Shown here piece after piece: positions 1-13,813 of a DNA stretch of 64,000 bases (the first letter of the stretch is position 1; each line of letters begins with the position of its first letter). The translations under genes were made by a program, and so were the position numbers. The notes below the pieces were generated by a model. It had not been told where the DNA came from. It did no database searches and worked only from the letters and a program-made list of their open reading frames with translations. Origin of the DNA: Isurus oxyrinchus (lineage: Eukaryota); assembly GCA_026770705.1 (NCBI GenBank), contig JANJGN010000034.1, forward strand, positions 6,758,001-6,822,000. Reading direction: 5' to 3'.

Positions 1-224
1 TTTTGGGGATGTTTACGTGTGCCTCCACCGTTACCTTTGTTACTGTCCAAATTCACTTTACTATCCGGCAAGGAGTTATTGTTCTCACACAGGTTAGGCT
101 GAAGAAGAGAATTGCCCAGCCCCACACCCACCACCCCACCACCCTCCGCCCATAGCTGACCTACCCCAGAGAACAACACAGAACATAATTTTCTCTTTTT
201 TTGATTGACAAAAATTCCAGCTAC

Positions 225-395
225 AAACTTGACATTTATTGCTTCCTAATGATCCAAAGCGGTTTCCAAACATTGAGGTGCTTTTCAGAGATAGTCAGTT
301 CTGTAATTTCTGCTGCTCAACAGCTGAAGTTCGCAGAGGAATCCCGCACAAGAATCAGCGTGATAACCTCTCAATCATCTGCTCATTATTTTAAA
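225..395 (-). mobile_element. Decayed Deu-domain-type SINE fragment
   Basis: Resembles, from memory, the reverse complement of the DeuSINE central/3' region (ccaaagcg...cttttcagagatagtcag...gtgataacc); related pieces at about 14.7-15.0 kb and 46.0-46.4 kb. Confidence 0.45.
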
Positions 396-935
396 GTGGA
401 AGACATATAGTCAGGGCAGGGCAGTGGGTGAAGTCCATTTCGTTAAATTATGCCATGACATACTTTATATTGAAAAAGAGCAGAAAATGGGCTCAAAGTA
501 AAATTTTTCCTCAAGGTCACCACGTCCAAAAGGACTATGTTCCCCCAGATCATCCCAGCTGTTAATGTGCCACCGACAGAATACTACTTTGGGGGTGCCA
601 GATTAGAAATTGTACCTGTTTAGGCAAACCTCAGACTCAGAAGTGAAAACATTTGTTTTTATTGAACTACACCAGGGTCAATTACAATAATTTATATAAA
701 TGTAGGTATGTTCACATACTCAATGTGCTTAATATTAGCACATGGTAGAAAGACACATTGCAGAAATGTGCATGTGTGTTTATTAGTTTAAATCAACGTA
801 TTGTATTGAATAGAAGTAAAACTATTTGATGCAAAATGATATGTTTGCACACAAACAGATTTCTTGAAGCCCACATGTACATTGTATTCTTTAGTTTGAA
901 TTATATTTAAATTCAAATATGATATTTTATACCAG

Positions 936-962
936 ATGATCAGCTAAGTTTTTGTCAGGCTG
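936..962 (+). CDS. Micro-exon 1 (27 nt), (D)DQLSFCQA
   Basis: ttttataccag|ATGATCAGCTAAGTTTTTGTCAGGCTG|gtgttt; weak donor but fits the xxxLxxCxx exon class. Confidence 0.6.
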
Positions 963-1087
963 GTGTTTGCAACTTATTTTATTGTGAGATTTATTTTTGC
1001 CGTTGAATCAAAAACATTGCTGTCTCAATTTTATTTGGTTTTATTTAATTTGAACGCTTTCATTTCATTAATGTTCGTTGTTCATAG

Positions 1088-1114
1088 ATGGTGACTTGGA
1101 TAAAAGATATAAAC
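1088..1114 (+). CDS. Micro-exon 2 (27 nt), DGDLDKRYK
   Basis: gttgttcatag|ATGGTGACTTGGATAAAAGATATAAAC|gtgagt. Confidence 0.8.
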
Positions 1115-1389
1115 GTGAGTAAACATAAAATATTGATTTCCACTTTAAACAATCGCAGCCCTTTCACATATTTCTAGGAGTGATTGGGGATTGAGACTTG
1201 AAAGCCTCTAGGCCCGATAAGTTGCGTTATTTGTCCTATACCATACCATTTAGACGTCATCATATTATAGAAATCTTCGAAGACTTTATATCATCTAGCC
1301 AGGCGTGTTAGTACAAATCTATATGTTTGTTTGTTGACTACAGAGTTAGAGTAAAAAACACAACGCAGCAGATAGACAAAGTTGCATGT

Positions 1390-2335
1390 TTCACAAATTC
1401 AACCAGGCATCTGACGTATTGAATGTATTATAGGACATAGCATAGAGTGTTACTGCAGAAGAGACATGTTGTTGAAACTTTTCTGCTTGCACACATGAGG
1501 ACAGATTCGCAAGAATACCAAATGTAAAAGGGCACAACAATTTATGCTTCATGAAAAGACGGCATATAGCATCTGATTGGAAAGAGCCCCTACTATGAGG
1601 CATTTACAAGGGAATAGCTAACTGCCAAGAGGTTGTCTAAATTCTATACAGTCAGGTCGAGACGAATTTCTCAAGGGTTATCAATGGGGAGTGAACCAGG
1701 GAATGGCTGTCCCCCATGCTTTTGCTTAATTGAAAAAGGCGGAATGTATGGAGATGTCTTTCTGTTTGCATTCAAGAGAGTGTTGGTGTGAATGCCATGT
1801 AGCTTCTAGCATGCGTAAGTGATGGTCAGTGTGAGAATGACTGACAATATTTCATTGCTTCTCAGTGTCGTTTTAGCATGTTCAGGATTGCTTCAGGATT
1901 TGTTGTCCAAGCACAGGAACACATCTGATGTTGGATTGTTTTGTTTTTCTCTGGAGTTTGATACCCTCGGCTAACTGATTACGGCGAGTAACCTGATGCA
2001 AAAAGTCGAATAAATGTGCTGTTTAATCCGGACAGCCAGCTTTAGGGAGATACCACATTACCGAAGCAGTGGAATAAATATATCAAACCTGGTGTTCTAA
2101 ATACTGAGACCCCTTTCCTGCAATGTAAACTGTGGTAGGCTGGGCACTTTTTACCACAGAAAGTGGCAGCCTTAGGCCTGCTCGTGAGTTAACTTGATAT
2201 ACTGTGAGCACTGATCTAATTAGCTTTCCCACTATCCACCACATTACCTTGAATGCGTTCTATTTCGACATCAAGCTTGCATCGTGAGCAAATAGATCAG
2301 GCCCAATTTGATTACCTTGCGAAAATGCCCTGTGA
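1390..2335 (-). mobile_element. Decayed Penelope-like retroelement relic
   Basis: Minus strand near 2260-2305 reads RA*SICSRCKLDVEI, matching the RAxxICS..LxxEI motif downstream of Penelope RT; contains stops; boundaries approximate. Confidence 0.55.
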
Positions 2336-4341
2336 ATGCAAGGCAGAATGTTTCATCTGAGTGTTTATTTTTGCAGCAATACTCATGAAATCATGAAAGA
2401 CGTTTGCCAAGATGTTACAAAATAATCTGCTGTCGTCCATTCTAAGATGAAACAAGTAAACGTCTTTATCTTAAGAATTAGAAGCAGTATGCAATTAAAT
2501 TATTATTCGCCAAGTTATTTCATCAGTCTTCCAAGTATGGATAATCTTGTACTCTATACCTGTACAGAGTATTGTATACAACTCTGAGCAAATCTGACAG
2601 TGGCATCCGCTGCCTACTCTCTGAGTTCTGGAATAACATGGAAAATAACTTTCAAAGGATGGCAATCAGTCTCAGACTCACTCAACACCGCCAAAATGAA
2701 CATCTGGGAGAAAGCGAACGCTGCAGAAAGAGAGCTTCTGGAATTCACCTGTTCAATACAATTTCCTTGATTAGCATTGGAAGAATTCATATGGATTTTT
2801 TGCATCTTATCTTTGATTAGGAGTCTGAACAAATTTATTTATTTCTCCGTCTAGTTTGACTGCTGGTCATCCAGCACCATGTGTAAAACAGACTCTGCTC
2901 TTGCTACGTTTTCATCTGATGTTGCTGATAAGCAAATATAATTTACATCATTAATATTTGGAAGTGTTTGCAAACGTGAGATGCGTCTGATTCTGAAATA
3001 AACTCTTGTCAACACAATAACCAAGCACACTTTAGTCAATAATTGCTTCGTTTCTCTACACTACCACTTTGTAAACTCTTCTTGAGCTGTTTTATTTTCT
3101 TTATCTGAGGAGAAACTCAATCAACGTGGCCTTTAAAATATGGCGGAATGAAACACCTTAGATCGAGTTCCAACAATGCTCATCATTTCAATTATTGTTC
3201 TTGTCATCACATATCTTAAAAGTCTTAGGGTGTCCTTTTCTGTAGGACATTCTCTTTGCCTGTATTTTATGCTTCCAGCAAATTGCATGTATGTGATGCA
3301 ACCCCAATGTCGCCAACATGGATGGGACAGATATCCGTTCGATAGGTGGAAAAGGAAATGGCGGGCAAAGCAAATCGCCAGGGCACCCTAAGTACCGAAG
3401 AAAATTAGAGAAAACGGTGCTACAACACTCTCCATCCCTTGAAGTTGGGCATTGTACTTCACCAAATATCATGGCGACATGATGGCAGTGTCATCCACTG
3501 CCTTCTCTCTGAGCTCTGGGAAGACATGGGCGGTAACTTCCTCGGAGTGGCACTAAGCGTCAACGCCACTTAAAACCATTTAATTTGTTCTATTCCTGCC
3601 TTGCCTGACCTTCTGACTCAGGTAAGGTGAGGTCCTGGCAGCACCACTGTCTCCAAAGTCCAGCGTTGCAGTCCAGCAACGTTGAATTGAAATTGGAGAC
3701 ACCCTCTTTTTAGGCATGAGGTGCCCATGAACAAATTAAATTTAAAGGCCCCCTTAAATATGCTGGACCAGCAATACGGAATCTGGATAGAATTTGTTGT
3801 TTGGGGTGTTCGGAGGACAGATGAGGATGGGGGTATGGGATTCGGATATCTGGAGGTGTGTTCAGGAGGGGATGGGATTTGGACATCGGGAGATGGTTGT
3901 GGGGTATGAAGAATCCCGTGTGTTGGGATGGATAGCCAAGCGTCGGGGAGTCCCCTTAGGGGCGGGGCTGTTGGGAGTGCCCCGTGGGGCGATCCGCCTG
4001 GATCATTTTATTTTTTTCTATCCAGAGGTTGGAAGATGTTTTGAGTTCTTGAAACATTTCCTGGGTAACAATTTGTGTAACTCGGTCGGAACCATCGAAG
4101 TTTTTGTTTTAATTCGATTTTTCCCAGCACAACACTATAGCCTAAATTGTGTATGCCCTCCTGGGCAATTGCCCTGCAAATGCAGACTTGTGAAGTTCTA
4201 TCAGGGATTCCCCAGTGCTCCTTTGGTTTACCCCGAATCCAAAGCTGGGGAAGTAGGAAATTATGGTCCCACAAGTCCAAGCCCTTAGTCCTGCAAGCCG
4301 AACCAACTCCACCCCAGCATTCGCCTCCTCCCCCCACATAA

Positions 4342-4360
4342 ACACACACACACACACACA
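4342..4360. repeat. (AC)n microsatellite
   Basis: acacacaca cacacacaca seen directly. Confidence 0.9.
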
Positions 4361-4617
4361 AACTTACTATTTCCTTTCCAGGTCTCTCTTCTTTTAAGAC
4401 TTAACATCTGCCTCGTTGACCTGTCTGTAGATCTAGTCGTGTGGCTTAGTGTCAAAAAGATCAGAATATGCTAATTTTGATTCACACAAAGTGTCACTGA
4501 TGCAGTTTAGACATCTCTAAAATGAGAATGCAGGCTTCATAATTCGAAACAGCTGGATTTTTTTTGTCGTTTGTTTTCATTACAGATAAGTGCTCACTCA
4601 AAATCATTGACTTTCAG

Positions 4618-4644
4618 ATCTCGAGGATCTTGCCGAGAAATTAA
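4618..4644 (+). CDS. Micro-exon 3 (27 nt), (H)LEDLAEKL
   Basis: gactttcag|ATCTCGAGGATCTTGCCGAGAAATTAA|gtaagc; resembles exon 14 (EIEELLENI). Confidence 0.8.
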   Translation: MSRILPRN

Positions 4645-6149
4645 GTAAGCTGTATATATTAATTTGCCTGTAGCGCAGGTTCGTACTCCAGTGGGTAATA
4701 AATAATCACTTTTGTAGCTAATAAGGATCATCAATATTTAAAGGGTAACATTTGCAAGGAAGTGTCCAACAAACATACTAAATATTATAGGATAATGCTA
4801 GATATGTTGACTTCTGTGACACATAGTCTGTGATCGAAATAAATAGCAACTCTGGTTGCGGAGGCTTGCATAATTTCCTCTCGATCCCAAATTAATAAGG
4901 GTCTATACATACTATATCAGCAAAACCATTCATTGAAAATAACGAACGGGCTGGATATTGTCAATGCCGAGAGAATGATTCATCATGCGTGAGGTGCAAA
5001 ATAGTTATGCAAATATATCTTTATAGTAACTAATAGAATACGAAAAGCTACTTTACTCAGCGTGTGGATATAATGTCGAAATAATGTTGGAATAGAGAGA
5101 TGGACATCAATATCTAATAGGAAATTAATGGGCAGAAAACATATTTGGGAGAAGTGAAGATTGTTCACATATCAGGCTCTGTGTTGTAAAATCAACGGAA
5201 TTATCATTAATCTGTCTAGACCAATATCCTCTGTCCTTATCGACCATAATATTTCGATTAACATATAAATTTATGATTATTTCAACATATATTAAAAAAG
5301 TTAATAAATACATTTTGTGCAATGGATTGAAATAAGTATCAAATTGAATTATGGAGTTAGATTCATCATCGTGGTTTGGTCACATGGCTTCACATCTTGC
5401 ACCCTAGGCTGGAAGAGCGATTGACTGCTACGGCAAAGTGACAACGTTTTGCAAGTCCGCTTGATCCTGCAGAGCAGCGGGTTTAATGGCTGAGCTAGTT
5501 AGTAATCGAAAAAAAAAGCATATGAACAAATTCTGAGGGGCTGACCTGAGCAAAAGATGTTCGGTTTCTGTACATTGCTGGCTTAGCTGATAGTTGTGAG
5601 TTAAATTGCCTGCATGTTTAGAAATACTGTGTATTTATCAGTGCAATATCAGGGGCCTGGGAAAGTGTAAATGTGAGAATGAGTGTCGTTGCAATGAATA
5701 ATAACTAGTATAAAATATCATTGGAGCAGCTATAGGTTATCAACTCTCCTGAATAGGTCCAGCCTTGGCATAACTTAATTGTTGACCTTGGCCTGATTAG
5801 CACCACTCTGGCTTGATTCAGCTACTCTTTATAAGGTTGCTCGATTGCTTTAAAGACACTTTAAAATATTGGATATTCGCCCTTTGAGTAGTCAGTTACA
5901 TGATGAAATTTTCCTGATGACAATTTCAAGGCACCGTATATATTCTTCTCCTTGTTTGAATCTTAAAAGAAACAATCTATTACAAAATGCACCATTCATA
6001 GTGCGATATTGAAAAGTGCATATCAATAATTGGGAACTGTTTAAGATGTAATCTAGAAGGTTATAAAGGATTGCTTGTTTATCAGGTAGAGCATTGTTTA
6101 TCTTATTGGACACCACATCAGGAAACAAGAAAAAAATCAAGACATTAGA

Positions 6150-7570
6150 AAGTCTACTAAGGAAGTGAGCCAGGACATTATCTGCTAAAGATAATTATGG
6201 CGTGAGATGGGAAATGTCTATGCAGAAAAAAAAAATAAATAAAGAGTGCAGAATGCTACAAAGTATTCAATTTAAATAAAAAAAATAGATTGGAAGAACC
6301 TCCTGCGGTTTACTCAGAGCATTAAGGATAGCATAGATCAAAGGAAGAGACTTGTGGTGTTGCGCAGAAGAATAGAAAGTCCCAGAATTGGGGATGGTTA
6401 TAAATCAGCAAAGATCGATCAAATATTTTATTTAAGGACACGTGCTGGGGATGGAGTAGTGGTTGTGATGTAATATCAGAGGAAACTTGGCTGATTTCAA
6501 CTGTTCTATCAGTGAAGGAAGAGGAAGTTAATGTTGACCGAGAAAGGAGAAATTATTTTGGGAGGTATGGAATTCTCCAAGTAATTGACCATTTGTTTTC
6601 TATTGTCCTCACAGCAGAAGTTGCACGCCAGAAATAGAGCATAACTTACGATATAAAACGGGAGAGGAAATTGAAATAATTAACATTAGCAGGTTAAAAA
6701 GGGAAAAATATTGAGAAGCTTAAGGAGCACAAATCTGGTGGCCTACTTATCAAACACTAGGTTCATAAAGGATATAGCTGCAGAGGTAGTAGATATGATA
6801 GCTTTGGCTTTCCAAAAGCAATTCTCAGGTTAATAAGGATTCAAACAGATTGACAGGTGGCAAATGTAATGATGCGGTTCAAGAAATGAGGGAGAGAGAA
6901 TTAAGTGTAATACAGGCCAGCTAGTCTGGCACCACTCATATATGGGAATACAGCAAGACTAGGCAATGCACTTAGAAATGATATGCAATGATTAGAATAA
7001 GGCTTTATCAATGAGAAATCCTGCATGAAAATTTATTGAAGATTTTTCAGGATGCAACTAATGGGGATAATTAAGGGGAAATTTTGGATGCAATAAGTTG
7101 TATTTCAACTAGAGTTTGAATGAAATGCCAGGCAAAAATATGATTGCCAAGATATTGGAACATAGCGTTACAGTAATGTATTTGCTTAGAGAGAGGATTC
7201 GTTAAAGGACTGGAAGCAGGTAAGGGACGTAAACTGGGACATATTCAAGTTGCCATGCTTTGACTATTGGAGTGCAGCATCGATAAATTTTGAGGCATGG
7301 GTGATTTAACGTATACACTGAGGAATTAGATGACGAAACAAATACTAATGTTACTAAGAGTCCTGTGGATACAAAGCAATGTCGATGGAAAAGCTGTCGG
7401 GAAGGTACAGCGAGTCTGTAAACGGGCATGGACATATTAAATAATTTGCCAATGGGATGACAGATAAATTATAAGGCGAGGAAGTTCTAATCTGCTCACT
7501 TTTGTCGAAAGAAGTGAAAAATTGTTAGGATATTCAAGATGACCACAGACTTTAAATTATGTAACGTGGA
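6150..7570 (+). mobile_element. Highly degenerate CR1-type LINE ORF2 fragment
   Basis: Remnants of W..ANV...FKK, YRP.SL, KSC..N.L..F and D.TK motifs in order, broken by many stops and frameshifts. Confidence 0.7.
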
Positions 7571-7859
7571 CCTGGTGGCAACTGGGGGAGGATTTGATTA
7601 ATAATATTGACAGAGGGCAGGCTAAGAGCGCCAGGTACTAATAGGGGAAATCTTAATCAGAATATTGCAGGTGCATCAAGAACGTACACACTTAATATTG
7701 CACCACATGATAAGGCTAGCTTTGTGAAAATAATGGCAAGACAGAATAAAACGCGCTGTAGGTGAATGCACAGAACAGATGGTAGATGGATTGATGCCAG
7801 AAATAGAAGTAAACAAGGATGGCATAATTGCAATTTCGGGGACGTGTCTGTAGCGTGAC

Positions 7860-10330
7860 CATGGTTGGGAACATATTTTTTTCCACATTAGGAAATATAA
7901 ACAATCGATAAGGAAGTGGAATAGCACTTGTATGGTTCTGATACATTAGTGAGAGAGGGTCTTAGATCAGAACTTGAATATGTAGGATCCAGTTGAGTGG
8001 AACTAAGAGAGAACAAAGTGCAGAAAATAGTTGGCTGTTATTGTTTATGGACCACCAGAGAGCAATGGTAATATAGAGAATGGTACAAATAAGCAAGCTA
8101 GAGGTGCATGTAATAAGGTTGATGCAGAGTCAATGGGGAGTTCGATGAACATTTTGGCGGGGGAAACCGAATTTGCACTAAGATGGTGGAGGTGCAGGTG
8201 TTGGAATGTATGTGAGGTGATTTGCTTTCCAATTTTTTTTGGAGGAGCCAACCCAACTAGGAAACGCGTTACTTCATAACCAGTATTGTTCAATGAGAAA
8301 GAAATGATTAATATTACTGTGGTAAAGAAGCTTTTTGGGAAGGGTGAACATCAGATGAAGAAACTGTTCATGAAGTCTGAAAGCGATAGAGCTCAATCCT
8401 GAACAATGGTAATCAATCTACATATGAGCTAATTAAATTATATAAGGGAGAAACTGACGGTGGAAGGTTAGCAATCTATTTTGTAATGTGCAGCAGTAGA
8501 CATGCAATGAATAACAATGCAATAATTAATATGTAGTTGCAAACAAAAGCCCAGTAGGAAAGGTGAATAAACCATTGTTTACAAGAGTAGCTAAAATGAA
8601 TTACATCAAAGGAAGCTGGTTGGAGACGTTGCCAGAAGGAATTAATAAACAGGAGGGTTGGGAGCATTTTATAATACAGTAGCAACGAAGCAAAAAAAGA
8701 AAATAACTGTTAAAGAAAGTGAAACAAGAACATGGAAATAAATTGTAGGGAAGCATTAATAATGGAATTCACAGACTGATAGTTGTGCAAACAGGACAAG
8801 GTTAACAAAACCAAATTCATATCGAAGAGGCAAGATAATGTGTAACGTCCATCTTCATGGAGGAAAACACAAAGTAAAACAAATAAACTTCCAAGGAAGA
8901 TGAAAGAACTAGCGAGAATAAGGAATTGAACAAATTTGTATTAGCAAATCAAAAAGTAGCAATGGAAAAATGTGTGAGAGTTAAAGTTCATCAATTTCCT
9001 TGACATATATTCCAGATGTGGAAGGCGTGGCTTCTGAGATAATGGATGCATTGGTGGTCATTCCGCTAACCGAAACCATTACTGGAGCAGCCATATGAAT
9101 ACTTTGGTTGCAAGAGCAGCTCGGATGCTCGGGATTCTGAGGCGAGAAACTGACCTTCGGTCTCCCAAACGCTGTCCACAGCATTCAATGCACAAGGCAG
9201 GACAGTGATGGAATACGCTCAACTTGCGTGAATGAGTGCAGCTCCAACAACCTTCAAGAAGCTTTACATGCACGAGGACAAAGATTCCCGCTTGAGTGAA
9301 ACCTGATCCACCATCCTAAACCTTATGTCCCTCCACCAATGACGCAGCAGTGTGCAACATGTCCAAAAAGCACTGCAGCAGATCTCCTATGGGTCTCCTT
9401 CGATAGTACCTTCAAAACCATTACCTGTTGCCTGTCAACATTATCACATTTTCGTCGATATCGAAGCCAGGCAACTTCCTCCTTTGGGAACATACCAACG
9501 TTCCAAAAACTGTAGCTGCATAACAATGCTGGACTTCCTTGCTCACAGCACTGTGTGTGTTCGTTCTACTTGTGGACTGAAGAGGTTCAAGGCGGAGGCT
9601 AAGCACGACTTTCTCAAAGACAATTAGGCATAAACCATAAAGGATGGTCTAGCCAGCCAGATCCATATCTTAAGGTCAAATATAAATAACTATAACAATG
9701 GCTTCTGGAGGGATCCCAGCAGAATAGAATGTAGCATATGGATCCCCGCTGAGAAGAAAAGAAGGAGAGAGAAAACAAAGCACTGAACACCTGTGAGTCT
9801 GACATCAGTTGTTGGGCAAATGCTGGAATCTATTATAAAGGGTCTGATAACTGCATATTTAGACAATAATGATAGGATTCAGGAGGGGCAGCGTGGATTT
9901 CTGAAAGGGGAATGGTGTTATGAACATGTTGAAGTTCTTTGTGGATGCAGCTGAGCTGAGTAATCCAGGGCGGAGCAGTTCACAGGATGTTAGGAAGCAA
10001 CATTAGAGCCCAATAAATTCAAATAATATACTGGACTAGATTGAGAATTGGATAACGGACAGAAAGCAGGGATTAAGGATAAACGGGCTATTTTCATATT
10101 TGCAGGCTGTCCTTAATGTGGACTCGCAAGGAGCGGTTCTTGGACGCCCGATATTCATAGTGTATATCACTAATATGTATTTGGGGCACGATTGTAAGTT
10201 CCCAGGAACTAAACATGTTATAGGATAATGGGTCCAGCAGGAAAATGGTGTAGAGGTAGAAGATCAGCCATGATGGAGAAATGCGGAGACGGACCTCGGG
10301 GCCGAAGTACCAATTCCTGTTGTCATTTTT
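7860..10330 (+). mobile_element. Degenerate CR1-type LINE (endonuclease to 3' UTR) interrupted at about 9075-9670 by the 3' end of a second LINE family
   Basis: VIVYGPP endonuclease-like peptide at 8031; later QRGF.KG..C and W..DRKQ RT remnants; CR1-like tail gatcagccatgat...attcctgt; the insert carries the gtgatggaatac...gagtgcagctccaacaac motif. Confidence 0.7.
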
Positions 10331-10469
10331 TTGTAGCTCTGAAGGACAAAAAAAAACTAGGTCTAATGCGCGAATAATCAGCGTGTTTGTGCACAATATA
10401 ATTGGCAACAGAAGCAGAGTATAATGGGAATATTATGACGATATTGTTGGGAATATTTTGATTCAGAAG

Positions 10470-10590
10470 ATGATTGATGATGGTGATATTCATTATTATT
10501 ATCATCATTATTATTACTCTTGCGTTCATTATTGTTATTATCTTCATTATTGTTCGTGATATTATTATTTTTATTACTCTTATTATTAAT
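10470..10590. repeat. Degenerate (ATT/ATC)n low-complexity tract just upstream of micro-exon 4
   Basis: cattattattatcatcattattattact... seen directly. Confidence 0.85.
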
Positions 10591-10612
10591 TTGAATATGT
10601 TTTTTTTTCCAG

Positions 10613-10639
10613 TCGCAGCAATGCTGGCAAAAGATAAAG
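10613..10639 (+). CDS. Micro-exon 4 (27 nt), (I)AAMLAKDK
   Basis: tttttttttccag|TCGCAGCAATGCTGGCAAAAGATAAAG|gtaaat. Confidence 0.85.
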
Positions 10640-11779
10640 GTAAATAACATGGGCTTTAAATGAACCAATGTGTTAGTTACAGAAATACGTTGATGTGCTA
10701 TGCTGGTAAATGGAATTCATATACCTGGCAAAGTGAAACAAAATATGGTCTGGACTGTTGGAGGCCAATTATTTCAGCCCAAGTATATTGATGAAGGAGT
10801 TTCTAATAGCAGTGTTCTGGCACAAACCTAATTACCAAATGTACTTATTACTTGACAGAGAGGTGAATTATATATATATATCCCCTGAATATTAAACTGA
10901 AAAGATGCCTTCTTCGACTGAACAGATGCCGAGATGTTGTTGGCCTTTTTATCAAGACGAGCAGACTAGGTTACTGTGCCAGAATACAAAATCGGCCATT
11001 TAAGGCTGAGAAAACGAAAGAGTTATTTACTCTTGAAGTTGTGAGCCTTTGGCATTACCACAACTAGTATCTGCATGCTAAAACTTCGAGTACATTCAAC
11101 GTTTTTTTAGATGCAACTTTGGACACTAAGCTCATGAAAGGCTGTGGACAGGTCGGAAAGGGGCGTTTAAGCAGGACTTCTCCAAGGGCATTATTGAATA
11201 ATGCGCTGTCAGAAGGTGCCGCATGGCCCAATCCTGCACATATTCGTTATTCTAATATTTTTACTATAATCATCTGCTTCATTAGTCCTCCCACACAAAG
11301 AAACATTGAGAAAGTACACTGAGGGTATCTGCGTGATTTATGGTCAGTGAGCAAATCAAGGAATATGTTGAGAGGGCGTGAAAGAGCAGTTGAGGGAGAC
11401 TATTTGGCAATATCTGTTTGAAGGGCCTAGCAAACTCGAGAGGGTATATGTTCCACTCATGCTCTTATTTTTTTTTTACATTAATGTGATTCAAGAGATG
11501 GTCCGAAACAGGACTGTGATTATACACAGAGTTTTTCACTCCAGCATGTAATTTTAAATTTTTTATTAATTGATTAAAAATAATTCTGAGACGGTTAATG
11601 GGATATTAGTGTGCATCTTGTGCTATTTTTTTGACCAGTAAAAGAGAGGCTTAAAGTGAAGTAAAAAACTGAAACAGAAGTTCCAATCAAAAAGACTGCT
11701 AAATTGACTGGGCTGAGAAGAGAGCAAAATCTGATTATGGCATGTAAAGAAAGAGAATTGGGAGTAGAATTTAAATCGA

Positions 11780-12770
11780 TGGCCTCTATATAGATTTGAT
11801 GAAAGCATTTTGAACAATATATTGCACAAGGTCTTTATGTGTTGTTTTAATCCGTTTCCTGCAAAGGAGGGTCAGTGGCAGGTATACTAAATCCATGTGA
11901 GGACAGAAAACAATGACTCGTGGCATTATTGCTCATGTCGAATGATGATAGGCAGTGATGTTCCTAAAGGGTCAGTGATAGTGAGTCAGTGGCAGATCAA
12001 ATTTAATATAGAGAAGTATGATGCGATGCATTTTGGCAGAAGGGGTAATGAAATTTGGTACAACGTGTGCATACAGAGAGCAACATGGGTATCAATGTAT
12101 ATGGAAAATAGCAGTTGGCTGCAAATATTGAGAGTACAATTTCGAAAATCACTGGATCATTTACTATGTATTAGACAGACACTAATTACAAAAGCAGGCG
12201 TGAAATGATGTAACTTATAACACGCTTTTTAGGTAAAACTATATTACTCAGTTTAGTTCTGATCACCACACTATGGGAAGAATGGAAGAGCATTGTGGAG
12301 GAGGTTTATTGGAATCATCCCAGGACTAAGTGCGATCAGCAACAAGGTTAGTTTGGAAAAGCTTACAGGCTGATCATTAGAGCAAAGGATATCGCACGGT
12401 TATTTTACAAGCACCATAGTGGCATATGTTGTGACGTTAGACAATGGAGGGGAAAAAATCCCAATGGTGAATTCTAGAAGAAGTGGGGTTCATTTTGGTT
12501 TAAGGATTTGGGAGAGGGGTGAAGGGGGTGTGATGGGCAGGGGTTTGTGCAAGTAAGCTTTTGCAACTGCGCGTAATACTGATCTGGAATATGCCGCGTC
12601 GGTGGGCCTTGCAAGCAGAGATCACTAAGTATTTTAAAAGAACCTTAGATGCTCAATCAAGGGACTTACACTTGCAGAGCTATTGATTCGGGCGAGATAA
12701 TATGATTACTTTAGCTGTTTTACGGGAGTGGGCATGGATTGTCTCCGCCTTTTCTGCAATGATTGTACAA
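11780..12770 (+). mobile_element. Degenerate CR1-type LINE 3' portion
   Basis: ORF 11897..12208 has GSDVPKGSV and WQIKFNIEKYDAMHFGR (CR1 VPQGSV and W.M.FN..KC..MHFG motifs). Confidence 0.8.
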
Positions 12771-13219
12771 ATATCTTAGTGTAATTCGCAAAACTGATAC
12801 CAATTCACATGGTGAAAATAGGAGCCTCAGAGACCTGTAAAATGCACAATATGCAGCTCCAAGAGAGAAAAAGGAGAGGTAGGATCACAGAAGTTACCTA
12901 GAAATACTTCTTCAGTAGTAAAAATGAAGTGAAGCTCTGCTCGGAACAGATTATTTAAAGAATATTACATGAAAAATGTTTAATGCACAGATCAATGCCA
13001 ACAAGGCTGAACAAAGGGGGAAAATCCCATTCACGTCAAATGCTGTATAGCTCCTCTGATCAGACTCAACAAATTTAAAATGAACTGATGAATTAGAAGG
13101 AGGAGTATGCCTGTCGGCCCCTCAAGCCTACTCCGAAATTCAATACCACCATTGCTGAATACAGAATAGTTGTTCTGATACAGAACTTCAATTCTGAACA
13201 TGTCTTCTTTTCCCCCCAG

Positions 13220-13255
13220 AAATACGCAAATTGAAGAATGCTTTGGAAGACAAAT
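13220..13255 (+). CDS. Micro-exon 5 (36 nt), EIRKLKNALEDK
   Basis: cttcttttccccccag|AAATACGCAAATTGAAGAATGCTTTGGAAGACAAAT|gtgagg; paralog of exon 16. Confidence 0.88.
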
Positions 13256-13786
13256 GTGAGGAATATGGACCGTTATTGTGTATACAAATTTTAATGCAAA
13301 ATCGTAACTTGATGCTCATGAGACTGTATTAGGAGGCGTTATGACGTCCCTTGCCCTCTATACACAGCCCATGGTATATTCTCCTGTTCTATTTAGCATT
13401 TGGGTCGGGTCGGTTTTCCCAACTCTGCACATGATCAATTTCGGGGTCAAACTCCAAAAACATGACGGAAATAGATGTTGGGAAAATGTTGTATTTTGAG
13501 AATGGCATGGACAGAGCTGCGTAGTTGAATGGAGTGCAAAGTTGGACGTGCAATGAACCATCGTCCTTTGTGAACACTGTTACTTTACCTGGAGAAGATT
13601 TAGGAAAATAAATCCTGAAATGTGGGCTTAATGATTTGATTGTCAGTGATTCAGGAGACTTCAAATATACTGTTATTCAAGAGAATTATTTTAAAAACTT
13701 AGTTGTTATCATGCCTGACCATGTTCCAAGCTACATTAATTCGGAAGTTTCCAGTCATCTCATCACGAGTTTCATTTTTTTAACAG

Positions 13787-13813
13787 TTCCTGGCAACGTC
13801 TTTCACAGTTACG
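13787..13813 (+). CDS. Micro-exon 6 (27 nt), FPGNVFHSY
   Basis: T-rich tract-taacag|TTCCTGGCAACGTCTTTCACAGTTACG|gtgagt. Confidence 0.8.

Noticed and set aside
1344-1381. Acceptor at 1343 where a 36-nt exon might be expected
   Set aside because: In-frame TAA after three codons and no good donor.
1779-1820. Open 36-nt segment before gtaagt
   Set aside because: GAG acceptor preceded by other AGs, inside the Penelope-like relic, and the peptide fits no exon class.
3794-4361. Overlapping ORFs of 117-164 aa in a GC-richer patch (similarly 63587-63982)
   Set aside because: Low-complexity, repeat-like sequence with no recognisable protein motif or splice support.
5587-5595. 9-nt candidates (5587-5595, 2447-2455, 46599-46607) and a 30-nt candidate (676-705)
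   Set aside because: In-frame AG..GT pairs but weak acceptors and no similarity to the exon classes; expected by chance without RNA data.
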